DNA of 64,000 nt, taken from assembly GCA_963842885.1 (NCBI GenBank), contig CAWJIE010000005.1, forward strand, positions 461,927-525,926, read 5' to 3'. The notes under the pieces are model-generated. The model ran no database searches. It was not told where the DNA came from and saw nothing but the letters and a program-made list of their open reading frames with translations. The stretch is from an uncultured Nitrososphaerota archaeon (lineage in GTDB: Archaea; Thermoproteota; Nitrososphaeria; Conexivisphaerales; DTJL01). The position numbers were made by a program, and so were the translations under genes. This document shows, one piece after another, positions 61,172-64,000 of the stretch (positions are counted from its first letter, which is position 1; the number at the start of each line of letters is the position of its first letter).

Positions 61172-61780
61172 CTAAACAGTAAGCGGGAGATCGATGAGCT
61201 GCACGGAACCGGCGTCCTCCATATCCTTCAGCAATCTCCTCAGGGTCGAGATGTCTAGGCCCTGATATGAGCTCCCTCCGAAGGCCCCAAGCCTGAATAT
61301 CGCCCTGCCCAGGATCGACAGGGCTACGGTTTCTTCACCCTTCTGAAAGTGAACGTAAGCAGCAGCCAGGAGTATGAGACCCTGGAGCACCTCCCTCTCT
61401 GGCACCCCCTTCGGGAGCTTCCTCCACTGGAACTCCAGCTCTTCATGGACCTCCCAGAACCTCTCCTCCGAGTACATGGACTTGGCCAGCTCGACACTCT
61501 GCTCGACCGTCCGCTCGCCCTCGATGACGCTCAGATTCCTTACGCTCAGCACCGGCCCGAGTGCCGAGTTGACCGTGCGCACGTCCAATTCGAGATCGTC
61601 AGACGAGTCCTCATAGAGATCGAATTCGACTGCCACTCTGGAGACCCTGAAGTTCTCATGGCGCGGAAGCCGACTCCCTGACAGACTCCTCTTCATCTCG
61701 GCGATGGAGGCCTGAGATGCCTTCCGGCCTTCGTTCTTCACGCGGACGAGATACCTCAATGCGTCATTCACGTGTCCCAT
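61172..61780 (-). CDS. DUF309-domain protein
   Basis: ERFWEVHEELEFQW, LQGLILLAAAYVH. Confidence 0.85.
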   Translation of the reverse strand: MGHVNDALRYLVRVKNEGRKASQASIAEMKRSLSGSRLPRHENFRVSRVAVEFDLYEDSSDDLELDVRTVNSALGPVLSVRNLSVIEGERTVEQSVELAKSMYSEERFWEVHEELEFQWRKLPKGVPEREVLQGLILLAAAYVHFQKGEETVALSILGRAIFRLGAFGGSSYQGLDISTLRRLLKDMEDAGSVQLIDLPLTV

Positions 61781-61807
61781 GTCGACCTCGCCGTTGGGCC
61801 GTCCGCC

Positions 61808-63934
61808 CTAGGCCCTCTCATCGGCCGCCCTCGACAACGCCTTGATGCCAGCAGACAAGGCCTCTGGGTCGGTGGTGGGGAGATGACATGCGCGGCTCTG
61901 ACAGACGTACGCCGCGGCCTTCCCGCCAACGGGGGTCATGGCCGAAAGGAAAGGGGCGACCTCCTCTAGCGAACCATCATCGGGGTCATGGAGCAGGACG
62001 ACGGCGTTGGGCAGGTACGGCCCGTTCACCCTCTGCAACATCTCGGAGGTGTCTGGGCGTCCCTTCACGCCTGCGAGGACGATCTCGCTGGAGGGCCCGA
62101 AGTAGTAGTCAAGGGCGCAGAGGAGCATGGTGTAACCCGACGGCGCCCTTTCCACGGCATCATATGCAGCCTTCACGATGTCAAGCGCGACGTCCTCCAG
62201 GCTAGCATCGGATGTGATGCGCCCGAGCCTGAAGAGGACGTAAGAGGCGACCGAGTTCCCAGAGGGGATGGCGCCGTCGTAGAGGGTCATCTGGCGGGCA
62301 AGGACTTCTTCGGAGTCGTCGGCCGTGAAGAAGAAGGCTCCGGAAGAGGAGCCCCCAAAGTGGGCGATCATGTCCTTCGCCAGGGATACGGACGCCTTGA
62401 GTAAGCCCGCGTCGAACGTGGCCTCGTAGAGCTCGAGCAGCCCCCAGATGACGAAGGAGTAGTCGTCCAACGTGCCCCTTTCAGCAGCCCCGCCCCCCGC
62501 GGTGTGCAGCAGTCTCCCGTCTCGTATCATCTTGGAGAGGATCAAGTCGGCGATCTCGCTCCCTTCGTCGGCGTAGTCCTGTCGGCCCAGTACCCGGGAT
62601 GCTTTCGCCAGGGCGGCCATGAGAAGGCCGTTCCAGTCGGCGAGGACCTTGCCGTCTACCTTGGGACGCTCCCGCCGCTCCCGTGCGGCAAGAAGCTTCG
62701 ACCTCGCCTCCTCCAATCTCGACAGGAAGGCTTCCGTCGACATCCCCAGCTCAGCCACCCATTCCGAGGCCGGACGCCGCATCTCCAAGACATTCATCCC
62801 GGCCATTCCGCTATCCCCGCCGCCGTGGAGGTTTCCCGACTCCTCTATGCCGAAGACCTTCCCGAACAGCTCGGCATCGGGTTCGCCCAAGCAGGATCTG
62901 AATTCGTCCGAGGTCCACAGGTAGAACCTGCCCTCCGAGCCCTCGCTGTCGGCGTCCTCTGAAGAGCAGAAGCCTCCCGCGCCAGACTTCATCCGGCAGA
63001 CAAGGTACTCGACGGTCTCCTCGACGACCTCCGCGAATTCGGCCTTCCGGGTAGCCTGGAAGGCTTCGGCATATGCCATGATCGTCATGGCCTGGTCATA
63101 GAGCATCTTCTCGAAGTGAGGAACCCTCCATCTCCTGTCCGTCGAATAGCGATGGAAGCCATGGCCCAGCTGGTCATGGATCCCGCCGGAGCGCATGGAA
63201 GAAAGGGACCTCTCGACCATCGCCAGGGCTCGGGCGTCGCCTGTCCTCAGCCAATAGCGCAACAGGAACATGTAGTTATGAAGTGTCGGGAACTTCGGCG
63301 CATCGCCGAACCCGCCGTCCTCCTTGTCGAACCTCTCGTTGAGCTCCCCGAAGGCCAGCTTGAAGACGACCTCCTGTGGGTCGCCGGGCACGTTGGCAAC
63401 CGCGGAAGGGTGGAGGGCTTCGGCCATCTGGTTGCCGGTGTAGAGGAGCTCGCCCCTCTCCTCCCGCCACATCTGCTTCACCTTTGGGATGAGCTGCAAC
63501 AGGCCCATCCTGCCGAACGCGTCCTGCTTCGGTATGTAGGTCGCAGCCATGAAGGGCTTCTTGTCGGGGGTCATTATGATGGTGAGCGGCCAGCCCCCAC
63601 TCCCCGTCATCATCTGGGAAACGGACATGTACACCAAGTCTATGTCAGGCCTCTCCTCCCTGTCCACCTTCACGTTGACGAATGCATCGTTCATCATCTG
63701 GGCGACCCGGGGGTCCTCAAACGACTCCTCCCTCATCCTATGGCACCAGTGGCAACTGGAGTACCCCACGGAGAGGAAGACTGGCTTGTCCTCGGCCTTG
63801 GCCTTCCGGAACGCCTCCTCACCCCACGGGTACCAGTCGACGGGGTTGAACGAGTGCTCCAAAAGGTAGGGACTCTTCTCATTGGCGAGGTGATTCTTGA
63901 CCTTCTGCTGCGCGGGCCGTTCAGGGGCAGGCAT
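61808..63934 (-). CDS. Thioredoxin-domain protein, YyaL/SSP411 (DUF255) family
   Basis: [48 protein letters not shown]. Confidence 0.93.
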   Translation of the reverse strand: MPAPERPAQQKVKNHLANEKSPYLLEHSFNPVDWYPWGEEAFRKAKAEDKPVFLSVGYSSCHWCHRMREESFEDPRVAQMMNDAFVNVKVDREERPDIDLVYMSVSQMMTGSGGWPLTIIMTPDKKPFMAATYIPKQDAFGRMGLLQLIPKVKQMWREERGELLYTGNQMAEALHPSAVANVPGDPQEVVFKLAFGELNERFDKEDGGFGDAPKFPTLHNYMFLLRYWLRTGDARALAMVERSLSSMRSGGIHDQLGHGFHRYSTDRRWRVPHFEKMLYDQAMTIMAYAEAFQATRKAEFAEVVEETVEYLVCRMKSGAGGFCSSEDADSEGSEGRFYLWTSDEFRSCLGEPDAELFGKVFGIEESGNLHGGGDSGMAGMNVLEMRRPASEWVAELGMSTEAFLSRLEEARSKLLAARERRERPKVDGKVLADWNGLLMAALAKASRVLGRQDYADEGSEIADLILSKMIRDGRLLHTAGGGAAERGTLDDYSFVIWGLLELYEATFDAGLLKASVSLAKDMIAHFGGSSSGAFFFTADDSEEVLARQMTLYDGAIPSGNSVASYVLFRLGRITSDASLEDVALDIVKAAYDAVERAPSGYTMLLCALDYYFGPSSEIVLAGVKGRPDTSEMLQRVNGPYLPNAVVLLHDPDDGSLEEVAPFLSAMTPVGGKAAAYVCQSRACHLPTTDPEALSAGIKALSRAADERA

Positions 63935-64000
63935 TTGCAGGACACTTCGTGGGAGCCACCGCAGATAATGCTATTGCCAGAAACGGCTTGCCACGATGCG

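Overview
A 64-kb, gene-dense, high-GC chromosomal segment from an archaeon. The gene set (PINA, Lhr, zinc ferredoxin, archaeal type II GAPDH, AbrB-PhoU regulator, DUF6659-like protein) points to a TACK lineage, possibly a non-ammonia-oxidising Nitrososphaerota relative; this assignment is inference. Main content: (1) DNA-transaction genes, namely PINA, Lhr and a compact Smc5/6-like SMC-kleisin-Kite operon; (2) methylmalonyl-CoA mutase/epimerase plus the split parts of a biotin-dependent Na+-pumping decarboxylase; (3) a probable purine/ureide catabolic block (NCS1 permease, Mo-hydroxylase LMS+G, cyclase, FdrA/DUF1116/DUF2877); (4) pstSCAB-phoU and gap-pgk. About a dozen conserved genes are broken by frameshifts, most likely assembly indels. 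The most unusual signal is a polar 12-13 bp motif, GTGCTTCCTAGT(G), in four copies. Each copy has a one-sided, strand-specific C-to-T-depleted tract of about 200-300 bp that rewrites codons of neighbouring genes. Also notable are a ~330-nt structured intergenic RNA candidate, a GCCGTAA array in a ~1-kb gene-poor gap, and a perfect 26-bp palindrome. No tRNA, rRNA, CRISPR array or transposase was seen. All calls are by-eye motif recognition; no searches were run.
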